A stretch of DNA of 64,000 nucleotides from Bacillota bacterium (GTDB lineage Bacteria; Bacillota; Dehalobacteriia; UBA4068), in assembly GCA_036733985.1 (NCBI GenBank), contig DAIMZM010000001.1:36-64035 (forward strand). Direction: 5' to 3'. Position numbers and translations under genes: made by a program. This document shows, one piece after another, positions 28,082 to 40,437 of the stretch; positions within the stretch are counted from its first letter, which is position 1; every line of letters starts with the position of its first letter. The notes beneath the pieces were generated by a model, which saw only the letters and a program-made list of their open reading frames with translations, was not told where the DNA came from and ran no database searches.

Positions 28082-30196
28082 TTATTCAACGATCTGGCTT
28101 AGCTCGGCTATGCCGTCGGTCAGCGTTACGATCCGCTGCAGCAGGGCCAGCCGGTTGCGGCGGCAGGCCTGGTCCTCATCCATCACCATCACCGCCTCGA
28201 AAAAGGCGTCGATATAGGGCGTCAGCTTGCTGGCAGCCGCCAAAGCGCCCCGGTAATCCCCGGCCTGCACCAGGGGGGCCAATTCCCCCCGGACAGCCAG
28301 GGCCGCCTGGTAGAGCCCGCCCTCGCTGGCATCGGCGAAGAGGCTTTCCCGCACTTCCGGCAGGCCCGCCGCCAGATCCGCCTGAGCCGCGCCGCTCTTT
28401 AAAATATTGGCGGCCCGGTGGAAACCGGCCAGCAAGCGGCGGAAAGCCGGCTCGGAGCGGAATTCCTGCAAAGCCCGGGCCCGTTGCCGGACAGCCAGCA
28501 GGTCCCCTTCCGCCAAGCCGATCCGGCTGAGGGCGTTCAGCACATCATAGCCGATCCCACCCTCGCCCAAAAGGTTTTCCAGGCGCTGCTGGATAAAGCG
28601 GAGGACGCTCTCCACCCGCTCCGCCAGATCCGTCCCGGCCAAGGCCGGCACATCCCGCTCCAGTAAAGCCATGGCCCGGGGCAGCAGGGCCCGGAGGCTT
28701 AACCGCAAGTCATGGCCGAGGATAATCTGGATACAGCCCAAAGCGGCCCGGCGCAGGGCATAGGGATCCTGGGAACCGGAGGGGGCCTGGCCGATGGCAA
28801 AAAAGGCGGCCAGATTATCCAGCTTATCCGCCAGGGCTACCGCCATACCGGCCTTGGTCTTGGGCAATTCGTCCCCGGCAAAGCGGGGCAGATAATGCTC
28901 CCGGATGGCCTGGGCCACGGTGGCGTCCTCCCCCTGGGCATTGGCGTAATACTCGCCGATGATGCCTTGGAGCTCTGGGAATTCATACACCACATGGGAA
29001 GCCAGATCCGCCTTGCAGAGCCTGGCCGCCTGCTCAGTCTGAGCCAACGCCTCCTGGCTATAGCCCAGCAAACCGCCGATCTGGGCGGACAGGGCCGCGA
29101 TGCGCTGGATTTTCAGGCTCAGGCTGCCCAGCTTTTCGTGGAAAACCACGGCGGACAACTTGGCTACCTGATCCGCCAGGGGCAGGCGCAGGTCTTCTTT
29201 ATAGAAAAATTCAGCGTCGGCTAAGCGGGAGCGGAGCACGTTTTCATTGCCTTCCGCCACCACTTGCAGATCATGGCTGTCGCCGTTACGCACGGTGATA
29301 AAGCAGGGCAGCAGCTTCCCGGCCCGGTCATAGACGGGGAAATAGCGCTGCTGGTCCACCATGGGCGTGGTCACCAGTTCTTCCGGCAGGGCCAGGTATT
29401 TTTCTTCAAAGCGGCCGGCTAAAGCCGTGGGATATTCCAGCAGGTAGGTCACTTCTTCCAGCAAGTCCGCATGTTCATGGAGGCAGCCGCCCAGGCCCTC
29501 AGCCACAGCCTGGATCTGTTCTTCGATCAGCCGCTGCCGCTCCTGCTGGTCCACGATCACATAATGGGCTTGCAGCTTGGGCAGATATTCAGCGGTATGG
29601 GCCAGCTCCAGATGATCGCTGCCCAGGAAACGGTGGCCCCGGCTGTAGCGGCCGGCCTTGACCCCGGCATAGGTCATTTCCGCCACAGTATCGCCATAAA
29701 GGGAGACCAGCCAGCGGATGGGACGGACAAAGCGCAGGGGATTATCCCCCCAGCGCATGGGCTTGGCAAACGAGAGCTTATCCAGGACAGCGGTGATCAG
29801 CCCCGGCAGCAGGGTTGCCGTTGGCTGGCCGCTGGTCTTTTTCAGCGCGAACAGATAAAGGTTGCCGGAAACTTCCCGCCGCTCCAATTGCTCCGGCTCC
29901 AGGCCCTGGCTTTTACAGAAACCCAGCAAAGCCCGGGTGGGTTCCCCCTTTTCATCATAAGCGGCTTTAACCGCCGGGCCTTTCACCTCGCTGAACGTAT
30001 CGGCGGAGTGTTCGGCCAGCCCATTGATGAGCAGGGCCAGGCGGCGGGGGGTGGCCAGCACCCGCAAGTTGCCATAATCAAGGCCCGCGGCGCTGAGCTG
30101 GGCCGTGGCCAGCTCCTCCATTTGCTTGACCAGGGGGGGCAAAAAACGGGCCGGTATTTCTTCCACACCCAGTTCAAAGAGGAAATCCTTATTCAT
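28082..30196 (-). CDS. glyS: glycine--tRNA ligase beta subunit
   Basis: GlyS N-terminus [18 protein letters not shown]; 8-nt overlap with glyQ. Confidence 0.95.
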   Translation of the reverse strand: MNKDFLFELGVEEIPARFLPPLVKQMEELATAQLSAAGLDYGNLRVLATPRRLALLINGLAEHSADTFSEVKGPAVKAAYDEKGEPTRALLGFCKSQGLEPEQLERREVSGNLYLFALKKTSGQPTATLLPGLITAVLDKLSFAKPMRWGDNPLRFVRPIRWLVSLYGDTVAEMTYAGVKAGRYSRGHRFLGSDHLELAHTAEYLPKLQAHYVIVDQQERQRLIEEQIQAVAEGLGGCLHEHADLLEEVTYLLEYPTALAGRFEEKYLALPEELVTTPMVDQQRYFPVYDRAGKLLPCFITVRNGDSHDLQVVAEGNENVLRSRLADAEFFYKEDLRLPLADQVAKLSAVVFHEKLGSLSLKIQRIAALSAQIGGLLGYSQEALAQTEQAARLCKADLASHVVYEFPELQGIIGEYYANAQGEDATVAQAIREHYLPRFAGDELPKTKAGMAVALADKLDNLAAFFAIGQAPSGSQDPYALRRAALGCIQIILGHDLRLSLRALLPRAMALLERDVPALAGTDLAERVESVLRFIQQRLENLLGEGGIGYDVLNALSRIGLAEGDLLAVRQRARALQEFRSEPAFRRLLAGFHRAANILKSGAAQADLAAGLPEVRESLFADASEGGLYQAALAVRGELAPLVQAGDYRGALAAASKLTPYIDAFFEAVMVMDEDQACRRNRLALLQRIVTLTDGIAELSQIVE

Positions 30197-31109
30197 GCTC
30201 AGCCACCGCCTTTCCCAAGCCCAGGGTTTCCCTAACCGCCGGATCCTTGACCAGGGGGAAGCCCAAACGCTCCCGCTCCGCCAGGTAAGCCGCTGAGCAG
30301 GCCCGGGCCATGGCCCGTACCCGGAGGATATAGCTTTGCCGTTCCGTCACGGAAATGGCGGAACGGGCGTCCAGCAAATTAAAGGTATGGGAACATTTCA
30401 GGCAGCAGTCGTAGGCGGGCTGGGGCAGATCCGCCGCCAGCACCCGGCGGCATTCCGCCTCATAAAGATTGAACAGCTGGAACAGGGTATCGATATCCGC
30501 CACCTCAAAATTATAGCGGGAATAATCCACCTCATGCTGATGATGCACATCGCCGTAGGTGATCTCCCCTACCCATTGGATATCATAAACGCTGCGCTTC
30601 TTCTGGATGACCATGGCCAGCCGCTCAATGCCGTAAGTGATCTCGCCACAAACCGGGCGGCAGTCAATGCCGCCGAATTGCTGGAAATAAGTGAACTGGG
30701 TGATCTCCATGCCGTCCAGCCAGACCTCCCAGCCCAGGCCCCAAGCGCCCAGGGTGGGGCTTTCCCAGTTATCCTCCACAAAGCGGATATCATGGGACAA
30801 AGGGTCGATGCCGATGCTGGCCAGGGAATCCAGGTACAGCTCCTGAATATTGTCCGGGGACGGCTTCAGCAGCACTTGATACTGATAATAATGCTGCAAA
30901 CGGTTGGGGTTGTCGCCATAGCGGCCGTCGGTAGGTCGGCGGGAGGGCTCCACATAAGCCACGTTCCAGGGCTCCGGGCCCAAGGCATGCATGGCGGTGG
31001 CCGGATTCATGGTGCCCGCGCCCTTTTCCGTATCATAGGGCTGGACAATGATGCAGCCCTGATCGCCCCAGAATTTATTCAGCGCCAAGATGATCGATTG
31101 AAAATCCAT
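30189..31109 (-). CDS. glyQ: glycine--tRNA ligase alpha subunit
   Basis: Highly conserved GlyQ sequence ([17 protein letters not shown]...). Confidence 0.95.
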   Translation of the reverse strand: MDFQSIILALNKFWGDQGCIIVQPYDTEKGAGTMNPATAMHALGPEPWNVAYVEPSRRPTDGRYGDNPNRLQHYYQYQVLLKPSPDNIQELYLDSLASIGIDPLSHDIRFVEDNWESPTLGAWGLGWEVWLDGMEITQFTYFQQFGGIDCRPVCGEITYGIERLAMVIQKKRSVYDIQWVGEITYGDVHHQHEVDYSRYNFEVADIDTLFQLFNLYEAECRRVLAADLPQPAYDCCLKCSHTFNLLDARSAISVTERQSYILRVRAMARACSAAYLAERERLGFPLVKDPAVRETLGLGKAVAEHE

Positions 31110-31222
31110 TGAACCTCCCCGTTCCTTTAATAATTAAACCGCCGCTGCCGGAAGCGTTCCGGTGAAGCGCAGATGACTAAGCAGTCTTTCGTATTAAATA
31201 GTCTTTCCATTTTACCGAGAGT

Positions 31223-31251
31223 ATTATATATAAAAGCCCTGTGAAAGTCAA
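31223..31251 (-). promoter_or_regulatory. glyQS promoter (TTGACT-17-TATAAT) with about 105-nt leader
   Basis: Hexamers read on minus strand; leader lacks the T-box GGUGGNACCGCG motif. Confidence 0.55.
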
Positions 31252-31326
31252 ATAAAACGCCAATATTAAGCAATGTTGCGAATTTTTATAACGTATGCAG
31301 AAAAACGTAAACGCCTGGGGCTCCTC

Positions 31327-32964
31327 TTAAGCCTCCAAGGCCGCCTGCAGCCGGGCCCGGCTGCGGCTCTCCCCCAGGGCCTTTGAAACCTGCCAGAGAT
31401 CCGGCGAATTCTGCCTGCCCGTGATGGCCACCCGGATGGTATTGCTCACCTCCACAATGCTGCCCTGGTACTGCTCCGGGTTTTTCTTGTACAGCTTGGG
31501 CTGGGGGGCGTAATGCTGCTCCGTGCAGATCCGCTTCACCTTGGCGAACCAGGCCTCATTATCGTCCCGGAAATCCACCAGCTCCAGATAGCGGCCCAGC
31601 ACTTCCCGCCGCTGTCTTCCTTCCAGGGGAAAATCATCCTCCCGGCGGAAGCGCTGGTCATAGAAGAAGGAGAGAAAATCCGCCGCCTGCTTCCAGGCCA
31701 CCAGATCTTTCCGGGGCCGGTCGCCGCCTTTGCCAATGGCCAGGGCCGCCAGGGCATAGTCCCGGTCCTGAGCCAGCAAGCCGGCAAATTCCGGATCATA
31801 CTGGCGGCACCAGGCTAAAAGGCCGTCATAAACCGCTGCCGCATCCATAGCGGCCAGCACCGCCTTGCTGATATCGTTCAGCTTATCCAGATCAAAGAGA
31901 GCGCCGCTATTGCTCATCTTTTCCGTGGTAAAGGGGAAATCCTCAGCCAAGGCGGCTGGGTTATCCAGCCGCCACTGCTCGAAATTGGAATTGAGCACGG
32001 TCAGCAAATATTCCCGCACGGCCCCGGGCAAATAGCCTTCGGCCTGATAATATTCCAGGGCCAGCTCCGGGTCTTTGCGCTTGGAGAGCTTCCGCCGCAC
32101 TTCCCCGTCCAGCTTCATCAGCTGGGCCGTATGGCAGTACAGGGGCCGCCGCCAGCCCAGGGTATCGAAAAGCTGCACATGCAGGGGCAGGGTAGCCAGC
32201 CATTCCTCCCCCCGCACCACATGGGTGGTGCGCATATAGTGGTCATCCACCACATGGGCGAAATGATAGGTGGGCACGCCGTCGCTTTTCAGCAGCACAA
32301 AGTCCTGATAGTTCTCCTGCACCTGCAGCTCGCCCCGGATGGCGTCCGCCACCGCCACCGTGTTATTGATATCCCCCTGGCTACGGAAGCGCAGCACAAA
32401 GCCGCGGCCGGCCCGGAGATTTTCCGTGACCTGCTCGAAGGTCAGATCCCGGCAGGCCGCCCATGGCCCATAATAGCCGAAATTTTGCTTAGCCCCGATC
32501 TGCCGCTCACGCATGGCGGCCAGGGCTTCCTCCGGGCAGAAGCAGGGATAGGCCTGGCCCAGCCTGACCAGATGCTTGGCGACAGCCTGATAGATCCCTA
32601 CCCGCCGCCGCTGGCGGTAAGGGCCGTAAGCGCCCTTTTCCCCCGCCAGGGTCACGCCTTCGTCAAAGCGGATGCCGAAGAAATCCATGGCCTCAATGAT
32701 GACCCGGGCGGCGCCGGGCACTTCCCGTTTGGCGTCCGTATCCTCAATGCGCAGGAAAAACACGCCGTTGCTCTGATGGGCCAGCCGCTCGCCGATCAGG
32801 GCGTTATAAAGATTGCCCAGATGCACAAAGCCGGTGGGGCTGGGGCCGATCCGGGTAACCTTGGCTCCGGGGCGCAGCTGACGGGGGGGGTACAGGGCCT
32901 GGTAATCCTCTGGGGTTTGGTCGATCTCCGGGAACAGCAGCTCTGCCAAAGCGTCATAATTCAT
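31327..32964 (-). CDS. gltX: glutamate--tRNA ligase
   Basis: Class I HIGH-like (HLGN) and KLSKR motifs; PTYHFAHVVDD...RGEEW GluRS signature. Confidence 0.85.
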   Translation of the reverse strand: MNYDALAELLFPEIDQTPEDYQALYPPRQLRPGAKVTRIGPSPTGFVHLGNLYNALIGERLAHQSNGVFFLRIEDTDAKREVPGAARVIIEAMDFFGIRFDEGVTLAGEKGAYGPYRQRRRVGIYQAVAKHLVRLGQAYPCFCPEEALAAMRERQIGAKQNFGYYGPWAACRDLTFEQVTENLRAGRGFVLRFRSQGDINNTVAVADAIRGELQVQENYQDFVLLKSDGVPTYHFAHVVDDHYMRTTHVVRGEEWLATLPLHVQLFDTLGWRRPLYCHTAQLMKLDGEVRRKLSKRKDPELALEYYQAEGYLPGAVREYLLTVLNSNFEQWRLDNPAALAEDFPFTTEKMSNSGALFDLDKLNDISKAVLAAMDAAAVYDGLLAWCRQYDPEFAGLLAQDRDYALAALAIGKGGDRPRKDLVAWKQAADFLSFFYDQRFRREDDFPLEGRQRREVLGRYLELVDFRDDNEAWFAKVKRICTEQHYAPQPKLYKKNPEQYQGSIVEVSNTIRVAITGRQNSPDLWQVSKALGESRSRARLQAALEA

Positions 32965-33024
32965 GAAAACACCTCATATGGTTTATCGTTCTCCATCAAG
33001 GTATTATACCAATATCCCCCAGGT

Positions 33025-33053
33025 TTGACAATACGGTACATTTATTGTAAAAT
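33025..33053 (+). promoter_or_regulatory. promoter for asp23-yloV (TTGACA-17-TAAAAT)
   Basis: Hexamers plus a second extended -10 (TGTGTTAAAAT) nearer the gene. Confidence 0.5.
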
Positions 33054-33152
33054 GATACGACACGATTTCTTCTTTTGCGCATAAACAGGCGGTTTAAATC
33101 AAAGCCTTAATGTGTTAAAATCAATTATAAATCAATTAAGGGAGGCTTAGGC

Positions 33153-33512
33153 ATGGGTAAAGAGATCGTCACCGCGCTCGGCGTCATCGATATCAGCAGA
33201 GACGTTATTGCCACGCTGGCAGGAATCGCCACCACCGAATGCTTCGGCGTCGTCGGCATGGTGTCCTCCCGCATTTTCAGCGACGGCATCAGCGAGCTGC
33301 TGGGCCGGGAAGCGCTTTCCAAAGGCGTGGATGTGGCCATCAGGGACAATGTGCTGCATATTCGTGTTAATGTGGTGGTGGGCTATGGCAACCGGGTCTC
33401 CGTGATTGCCACCAATATTATCGAAAATGTCAAATATATCGTGGAAAGGCATACCGGGCTGATTGTCGATCAGGTGGACGTGCATGTGCAGGCCGTCCGC
33501 GTGGTGGACTAA
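33153..33512 (+). CDS. Asp23/Gls24 family envelope stress protein
   Basis: Asp23-like sequence; conserved partner of the DAK2 protein. Confidence 0.9.
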   Translation: MGKEIVTALGVIDISRDVIATLAGIATTECFGVVGMVSSRIFSDGISELLGREALSKGVDVAIRDNVLHIRVNVVVGYGNRVSVIATNIIENVKYIVERHTGLIVDQVDVHVQAVRVVD

Positions 33513-33533
33513 GGCAAGGAGGACGATAAGCGG

Positions 33534-35234
33534 ATGAGTAAACAAATCGAGCGGATGGACGGGGCACGGCTTGCTGCCTTTTTCAGGCATGGCTCCGACT
33601 ATCTGGGCCAGCATAAAGAAGCAATCAACGCCCTGAACGTCTTTCCGGTGCCGGACGGCGACACCGGCATCAATATGTATCTGACCGTCAGCTCCGCCGG
33701 GGCCAAGCTGCCTCAAGACCCGGCGGGCATCCCGGTGGGGAAAATCGCCGCTGATTTTGCCCAGGGCACGCTGATGGGGGCCCGGGGCAATAGCGGCGTG
33801 ATCCTCTCCCAGATTTTCCGGGGCTTGGCTTCCTCCCTGGCCGGTAAAGACAGCGCCGGCCCGGCCGAACTGGCCGCCGCCCTGCAAAAGGGCTCGGATA
33901 TCGCTTATAAATCCGTGATGAAGCCGGTGGAAGGCACCATCCTCACGGTTTACCGGGAATTTGCCGCCGCCGCCCTGAGAGCCGCGGAGAAAAAGGCGGA
34001 TATCCTGGAAATGCTGGGCCAGGCCCTGAAAGCCGGGGAAAAAGCCCTGGCCAATACCCCCAACCTGCTGCCGGTGCTCAAAGAAGCCGGCGTGGTGGAC
34101 GCCGGGGGCAAGGGCCTGCTTTGCTTTATGGAAGGCGGCCTGGCCGGCCTGGCTGAGGGCAGGCTGCCCATACGGGTTCCCACAGCGGCCCCGGCTCCGG
34201 TAACGCCGGCCCCCGCTGCCAAGATCCCGCCCCAGGAGGCAGCGGCTGAGGAGGCTATCGCTTTTACCTACTGCACCCAGCTCCTGGTCAAGGGAGAACA
34301 TCTGCCCATTGACCAAATCCGGGAACGGCTTTCCCAGGATCCCCCCGGCGACAGCCTGCTGGTGGTGGGGGACGAAAGCCTGATCAAAATCCATTTCCAC
34401 AACAACCATCCCGGCCAGGTGCTGGAATACTGCGCGGGCTTCGGCAGCCTGCATGATATCATCATCGATAATATGCGGGATCAGCATCATCAGACCATCA
34501 TCGACGCGGCCGAGGCTGAGGAAGCGGCAACAGCCCAGGCCGCCCCGGCTTGGACGTTACCGGCGGCAACCCCGGTCCGCTGCGGCGTGGTGGCGGTTTG
34601 CGTAGGCGAGGGCCTGGCCGGCATCTACGAAGACCTGGGCGCCCAGGTGATCTCCGGCGGCCAGACCATGAACCCCTCTGCCGAAGACCTGGTACAGGCC
34701 GTGGAGGAATGCCCCGGGGCGGAAGTGGTGATCCTGCCCAATAACAGCAATATCATCCTTACCGCCGGCCAGGTGCAATACCTGACGGAGAAAAAGGTTT
34801 GCATCGTGCCCAGTAAATTCGTGACCCAGGGCCTCACCGCCATGCTCCGCTTCAACCCGGAGCATGACGCGGAGCAAAACGCCGCGGCCATGGAAAAAGC
34901 CGGGCAAAAGGTGCTGAACGGCGAGCTGACCTATGCGGTGCGGGATACCAGGTATAATGGCTTCGAAATCAAATCCGGGGATATCCTGGGGCTGTTCCAG
35001 GGCGAGATCGTGGCCACCGGCCAAGACCTGGGGCAAACCTTCCAACAGCTGATCGCCAAAATGGTGGGAGAAGCTGAGGAGCCGGAGCTGCTCTCCCTTT
35101 TCTACGGCCACGACGTGGACGCGGAACAGGCGGAAGCCCTGGCCGGCCAGGCGGCTGAAGCTTGCCCGGATCTGGATGTGGAGACCCATTTCGGCGGGCA
35201 GCCCCTGTACTATTTCCTCATCGCGGTTGAATAA
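33534..35234 (+). CDS. yloV: DAK2 domain fusion protein YloV
   Basis: N-terminal DAK2 domain (PDGDTGINM), C-terminal DegV-like half; upstream of recG as in many Firmicutes. Confidence 0.9.
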   Translation: MSKQIERMDGARLAAFFRHGSDYLGQHKEAINALNVFPVPDGDTGINMYLTVSSAGAKLPQDPAGIPVGKIAADFAQGTLMGARGNSGVILSQIFRGLASSLAGKDSAGPAELAAALQKGSDIAYKSVMKPVEGTILTVYREFAAAALRAAEKKADILEMLGQALKAGEKALANTPNLLPVLKEAGVVDAGGKGLLCFMEGGLAGLAEGRLPIRVPTAAPAPVTPAPAAKIPPQEAAAEEAIAFTYCTQLLVKGEHLPIDQIRERLSQDPPGDSLLVVGDESLIKIHFHNNHPGQVLEYCAGFGSLHDIIIDNMRDQHHQTIIDAAEAEEAATAQAAPAWTLPAATPVRCGVVAVCVGEGLAGIYEDLGAQVISGGQTMNPSAEDLVQAVEECPGAEVVILPNNSNIILTAGQVQYLTEKKVCIVPSKFVTQGLTAMLRFNPEHDAEQNAAAMEKAGQKVLNGELTYAVRDTRYNGFEIKSGDILGLFQGEIVATGQDLGQTFQQLIAKMVGEAEEPELLSLFYGHDVDAEQAEALAGQAAEACPDLDVETHFGGQPLYYFLIAVE

Positions 35235-35236
35235 CA

Positions 35237-35266
35237 GCGGCGGCCCGCCTGGGCCGCCCTTTTTTA
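35237..35266 (+). terminator. terminator after yloV (GGCGGCC-CGCCTG-GGCCGCC then CTTTTTT)
   Basis: GC stem plus T6. Confidence 0.7.
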
Positions 35267-35305
35267 TGTCGATTTTTGTTGAATTTATTTAAAAGCTTTA
35301 AAACC

Positions 35306-35329
35306 GTTCTTCTTTTATAAAAGAAGAAC
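35306..35329. repeat. perfect AT-rich palindrome GTTCTTCTTTT-ATAA-AAGAAGAAC
   Basis: 10-bp arms read directly in a 250-bp AT-rich intergenic region. Confidence 0.6.
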
Positions 35330-35394
35330 CAAGAAAATTTTAAAGTAATGATAAAGGGTACATAAACAACCTGCTATTATTTAAAGTTCTTTTG

Positions 35395-35424
35395 CTGCTT
35401 TTCTTACAAGAAAAGCAGGGTTTT
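35395..35424 (+). other. perfect hairpin CTGCTTTTCTT-ACA-AGAAAAGCAG followed by GGTTTT; terminator-like, possible 3' end of a small RNA
   Basis: 11-bp stem plus T-run, 70 nt downstream of the first palindrome and 60 nt upstream of recG. Confidence 0.4.
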
Positions 35425-35483
35425 AAAATCAGCTTATAAAATAAATAAACCATACATTAAGCTGCGGTTAAGAGGTTAGCGGT

Positions 35484-37784
35484 ATGGAAGAATTGCTGAG
35501 ATTATTGGACAAGGAACAAGCGGTGGGCTATACGGACAGCGCTGTTTTCGGCGGTCTGGGAGCTTATTTATCAGCCTGGGCAGCGGAACAGAGCCTGCCG
35601 GAACTGGCCTTGCTGGCCCAGAGCTATCAGCAGGCCAGCCTGGCCCTGCGTCCGGAACTGCTGCGGCAGATCAGCGCGGCCCTGGCTATGGTGAAAGCGC
35701 CGGCCCTGGTGGCGAAAAAGCCCGCCCCGGCCCTGGCCGCCCCCAACCCCGCCACCCTGAGCCTGCCTTTGACCACCCTGGCCAGCGTGGGCGAAAAGCG
35801 GGCCCAAACCTTTGCCAGGCTGGGGCTGAAAACCATCGGCGATCTGCTGGCCTTTTATCCCCGGGATTACCGGGACCGCCGCAGCGTCACCCCCATCAGC
35901 CAAGCCCCCGTCAACAGCCTGGTCCAAGTGCGGGGGGAAATCGTCGGCAGCGAGAGCGTCCGGACCAACAGCGGCCTGCCCATCCTCACCTGCCTGATCC
36001 GGGACGACAGCGGCGTCCTGGCCCTGATCTGGTTCAACCAGCCTTTCCTGCAGAAAAAGCTGACCCAGGGCCGGGAGATCCTGGCCTATGGTAAGGTGGA
36101 AAAGCGCTATGGCAAAATCAGCCTTACGGTTCAGGATTATCAGCTGACCGATGAGGAAAACGCCCCCGGCCCCGGCATCCTGCCCATTTATGACGGGACG
36201 GCCGGCCTTTCCCAGAAAATGATCCGGGCCGCGGTGACCGCTGCCTGGCAGCGGGGGGGCAAGCAGCTGCCGGAGCTGATCCCGGAAGCGCTCCGGGAAA
36301 AAAGGATGCTGCTACAGCGGAGCGAGGCGGTGGCGGCCATGCATTTTCCGGAGAGCTTCGCCCAGCTGGAGATTGCCCGCCGCAGCCTGGCTTATGCGGA
36401 ATTGCTCGCCATCCAGCTGGCCGTGGCCAGGAATGTGGTGCCTCCGGCCAAGGTGGTGCGGGCCACGGATCAGCAGGACGCGGATAATGAAGAGATCTAC
36501 GCGGATTTCGCCGCGGCCCTGCCCTTCTCCCCCACCCCGGCCCAGGAACGGGTGATCCGGGAAATCTACGAAGATATGGACAGGGGCCGGGCCATGAGCC
36601 GCCTGGTCCAGGGGGATGTGGGCAGCGGCAAGACAGCCGTGGCCGCCGCCGCCATCTATAAATGCTGCCGCCGGGAAGAGCAGGCGGCGCTGATGGCCCC
36701 CACGGAAATCCTGGCCCGGCAGCATTATCAAGGCCTGCTGCCCCTGCTGACCCGGCTGGGCCTGACCGCGGCCCTGCTCACCGGGCATACCCCGGCGGTG
36801 GAGCGCCGGGCCATCCTCTCCCAGCTGGAAACCGGGGTGCTGGATTGCCTGATCGGCACCCATGCCCTGATCCAGGAAGGGGTCAATTTCCGCCAGTTGG
36901 GCCTGGCTGTTACGGATGAGCAGCATCGCTTCGGCGTGGCCCAGCGAGCACGGCTCCGGGGCCAGGAAGATACGGATCTGCTGGTGATGACCGCTACCCC
37001 CATTCCCCGCACCCTGGCCATGACCCTCTACGCGGATCTGTCCTTCTCCGTCATCGACCAGCTGCCGCCGGGACGGAAGCCGGTCCGCACCTATGCGGTG
37101 GATTATAGCTATGAGCAGCGCATCTATAAATTCCTGGATCAGGAGATCGCCAAGGGGCGGCAGGCCTTCGTCGTCTGCCCTTTGGTGGAACAAAGCGAAA
37201 AGACCGACCTGGACTCCGCCACGGAACTGTTCCGCAATCTCTCCGCCGGGGTGTTCCGCCACCGGCGCCTGGCCCTGCTCCACGGCAGGATGAAGCAGGC
37301 GGAGAAAGAAGCGGTGATGGACGGCTTTTACCAGGGGGAAATCGATATCCTTATCGCCACCACCGTGGTGGAGGTGGGGGTGAATGTGCCCAATGCCACC
37401 ATGATGCTGATCCGGGACGCGGAACGCTTCGGCCTGGCCCAGCTCCATCAGCTGCGGGGCCGGATCGGCCGGGGCGGGGAGCAAAGCCACTGCATCCTGA
37501 TGCATAATGCCCAAAGCGACGTGGCAAAAGAGCGGATGAAGATCATCAGCCAGACCAGCGACGGCTTTGCCCTGGCCGAGGCGGATTTGCAGCAGCGGGG
37601 GCCCGGGGAGATCTTTGGCCAGCGCCAGCATGGCCTGCCTGAGCTGAAAGTGGCCAATCTGTTCCGGGACGCGGAGCTGCTGAACCTGGCCCAGCAGGAC
37701 GCGGCCCAGCTCCATTCCGGGCATATCAAAACCACCCCGGCCCTGGAAGCCGAGGTGGGAAAATTAACCGCTTTGCTGGTCTGA
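35484..37784 (+). CDS. recG: ATP-dependent DNA helicase RecG
   Basis: Wedge domain, helicase motifs (GDVGSGKT, DEQHRFG), 766 aa. Confidence 0.95.
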   Translation: MEELLRLLDKEQAVGYTDSAVFGGLGAYLSAWAAEQSLPELALLAQSYQQASLALRPELLRQISAALAMVKAPALVAKKPAPALAAPNPATLSLPLTTLASVGEKRAQTFARLGLKTIGDLLAFYPRDYRDRRSVTPISQAPVNSLVQVRGEIVGSESVRTNSGLPILTCLIRDDSGVLALIWFNQPFLQKKLTQGREILAYGKVEKRYGKISLTVQDYQLTDEENAPGPGILPIYDGTAGLSQKMIRAAVTAAWQRGGKQLPELIPEALREKRMLLQRSEAVAAMHFPESFAQLEIARRSLAYAELLAIQLAVARNVVPPAKVVRATDQQDADNEEIYADFAAALPFSPTPAQERVIREIYEDMDRGRAMSRLVQGDVGSGKTAVAAAAIYKCCRREEQAALMAPTEILARQHYQGLLPLLTRLGLTAALLTGHTPAVERRAILSQLETGVLDCLIGTHALIQEGVNFRQLGLAVTDEQHRFGVAQRARLRGQEDTDLLVMTATPIPRTLAMTLYADLSFSVIDQLPPGRKPVRTYAVDYSYEQRIYKFLDQEIAKGRQAFVVCPLVEQSEKTDLDSATELFRNLSAGVFRHRRLALLHGRMKQAEKEAVMDGFYQGEIDILIATTVVEVGVNVPNATMMLIRDAERFGLAQLHQLRGRIGRGGEQSHCILMHNAQSDVAKERMKIISQTSDGFALAEADLQQRGPGEIFGQRQHGLPELKVANLFRDAELLNLAQQDAAQLHSGHIKTTPALEAEVGKLTALLV

Positions 37785-37812
37785 ACGCCGCCACAACCGC
37801 CGGCGCGGCTGA

Positions 37813-38592
37813 TCAGCGGCCTGCAGCCAGCCGGTTGCCGCATTCAGAGCAGAACAAAGCCCTGGCCGGCAGGATTTTGCCGCAATAAGGGCAGGGCTTC
37901 CGCTCCGCTGCCGAAGGGATGGCCGCGGGCTTAGGGGAAGCGGCCTGCTTCACCGCGGCGGGGATGCTGTCTTGAAGGGCTTTTGCTTTGGCCGGGACCG
38001 GAGACGGCTGGGGTATGTATTGATCCTCCGGGACGCCGAAGGCCTGGGCAGTCAGGGCGGGCGTGTATTGGTTCCGGGGCGCGGGCATGCTCAGGGGCTC
38101 GGTGTATTGCCGGGCAGCCGGGGCTGGGGCCGTTGCCTCAGCCACCCGCCGGGCCTGGGCCTTCGCCGCCGGCGGTATGGGCTGGTTCGCCAGGGCGCTG
38201 CGGTCGGTCCAGATGCCGCCTTTGGCCGGGGCGGGCTGGGGCAAGACTGCCGGATTCAGGCCGTCGCCAACGGCCTGGGCCAGGGGGACAGCCAGATCCG
38301 CCTCTTGGCCGTAGAAATCATAATCGCAGTTTTCGCAGAACTCCGCCCGGCGTTTGTTCCTGGCGCGGCAAACCGGGCATTTCTTTTTCCGCCCTACCAG
38401 ACAGGTGACGATCAGCAGCAACAGCAGGATGGCGGCTGCCCAGATCAGCACGCAAAAGCCGTAGGGATGAGGGCAGAAATGGCAGAGGGAACAGACGCCG
38501 CCTGCCGGGGCAGACGAATCCGGACTGGCCAAGGCCGGGGCGGAAAAGCACCAGAACAGGGCAATCAGCATTACCAGCTTTGTTTTCATCAT
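37813..38592 (-). CDS. membrane protein with signal peptide, Cys-rich region, TM helix, two zinc-ribbon motifs (CPVC...CENC and CPYC...CSEC) and a Pro/Ala-rich linker
   Basis: Motifs read directly. Confidence 0.65.
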   Translation of the reverse strand: MMKTKLVMLIALFWCFSAPALASPDSSAPAGGVCSLCHFCPHPYGFCVLIWAAAILLLLLIVTCLVGRKKKCPVCRARNKRRAEFCENCDYDFYGQEADLAVPLAQAVGDGLNPAVLPQPAPAKGGIWTDRSALANQPIPPAAKAQARRVAEATAPAPAARQYTEPLSMPAPRNQYTPALTAQAFGVPEDQYIPQPSPVPAKAKALQDSIPAAVKQAASPKPAAIPSAAERKPCPYCGKILPARALFCSECGNRLAAGR

Positions 38593-38786
38593 GTTTATCC
38601 TCTTATCCTCAGCCTTTCCGGAGCAACGGCGTTACCTGATAGGTGAAATTTTTAGGCGCGGCAACATTATATCAAAATCCGGCCAGGTTGACAATAAGCA
38701 GCCGCCAACAGAACCCGACTTTTTCCCCCATGGCCATTTGCCGGTTTTCTTTTGCCAGCAGCTGTGGTAAAATATTTTGTTATTAA

Positions 38787-40433
<1,647 letters not shown>

Positions 40434-40437
40434 GGCC

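Noticed and set aside
31110-31326. Expected glycine T-box riboswitch upstream of glyQS
   Set aside because: The leader is only about 105 nt after a consensus promoter, and I found no T-box sequence or specifier/antiterminator pair.
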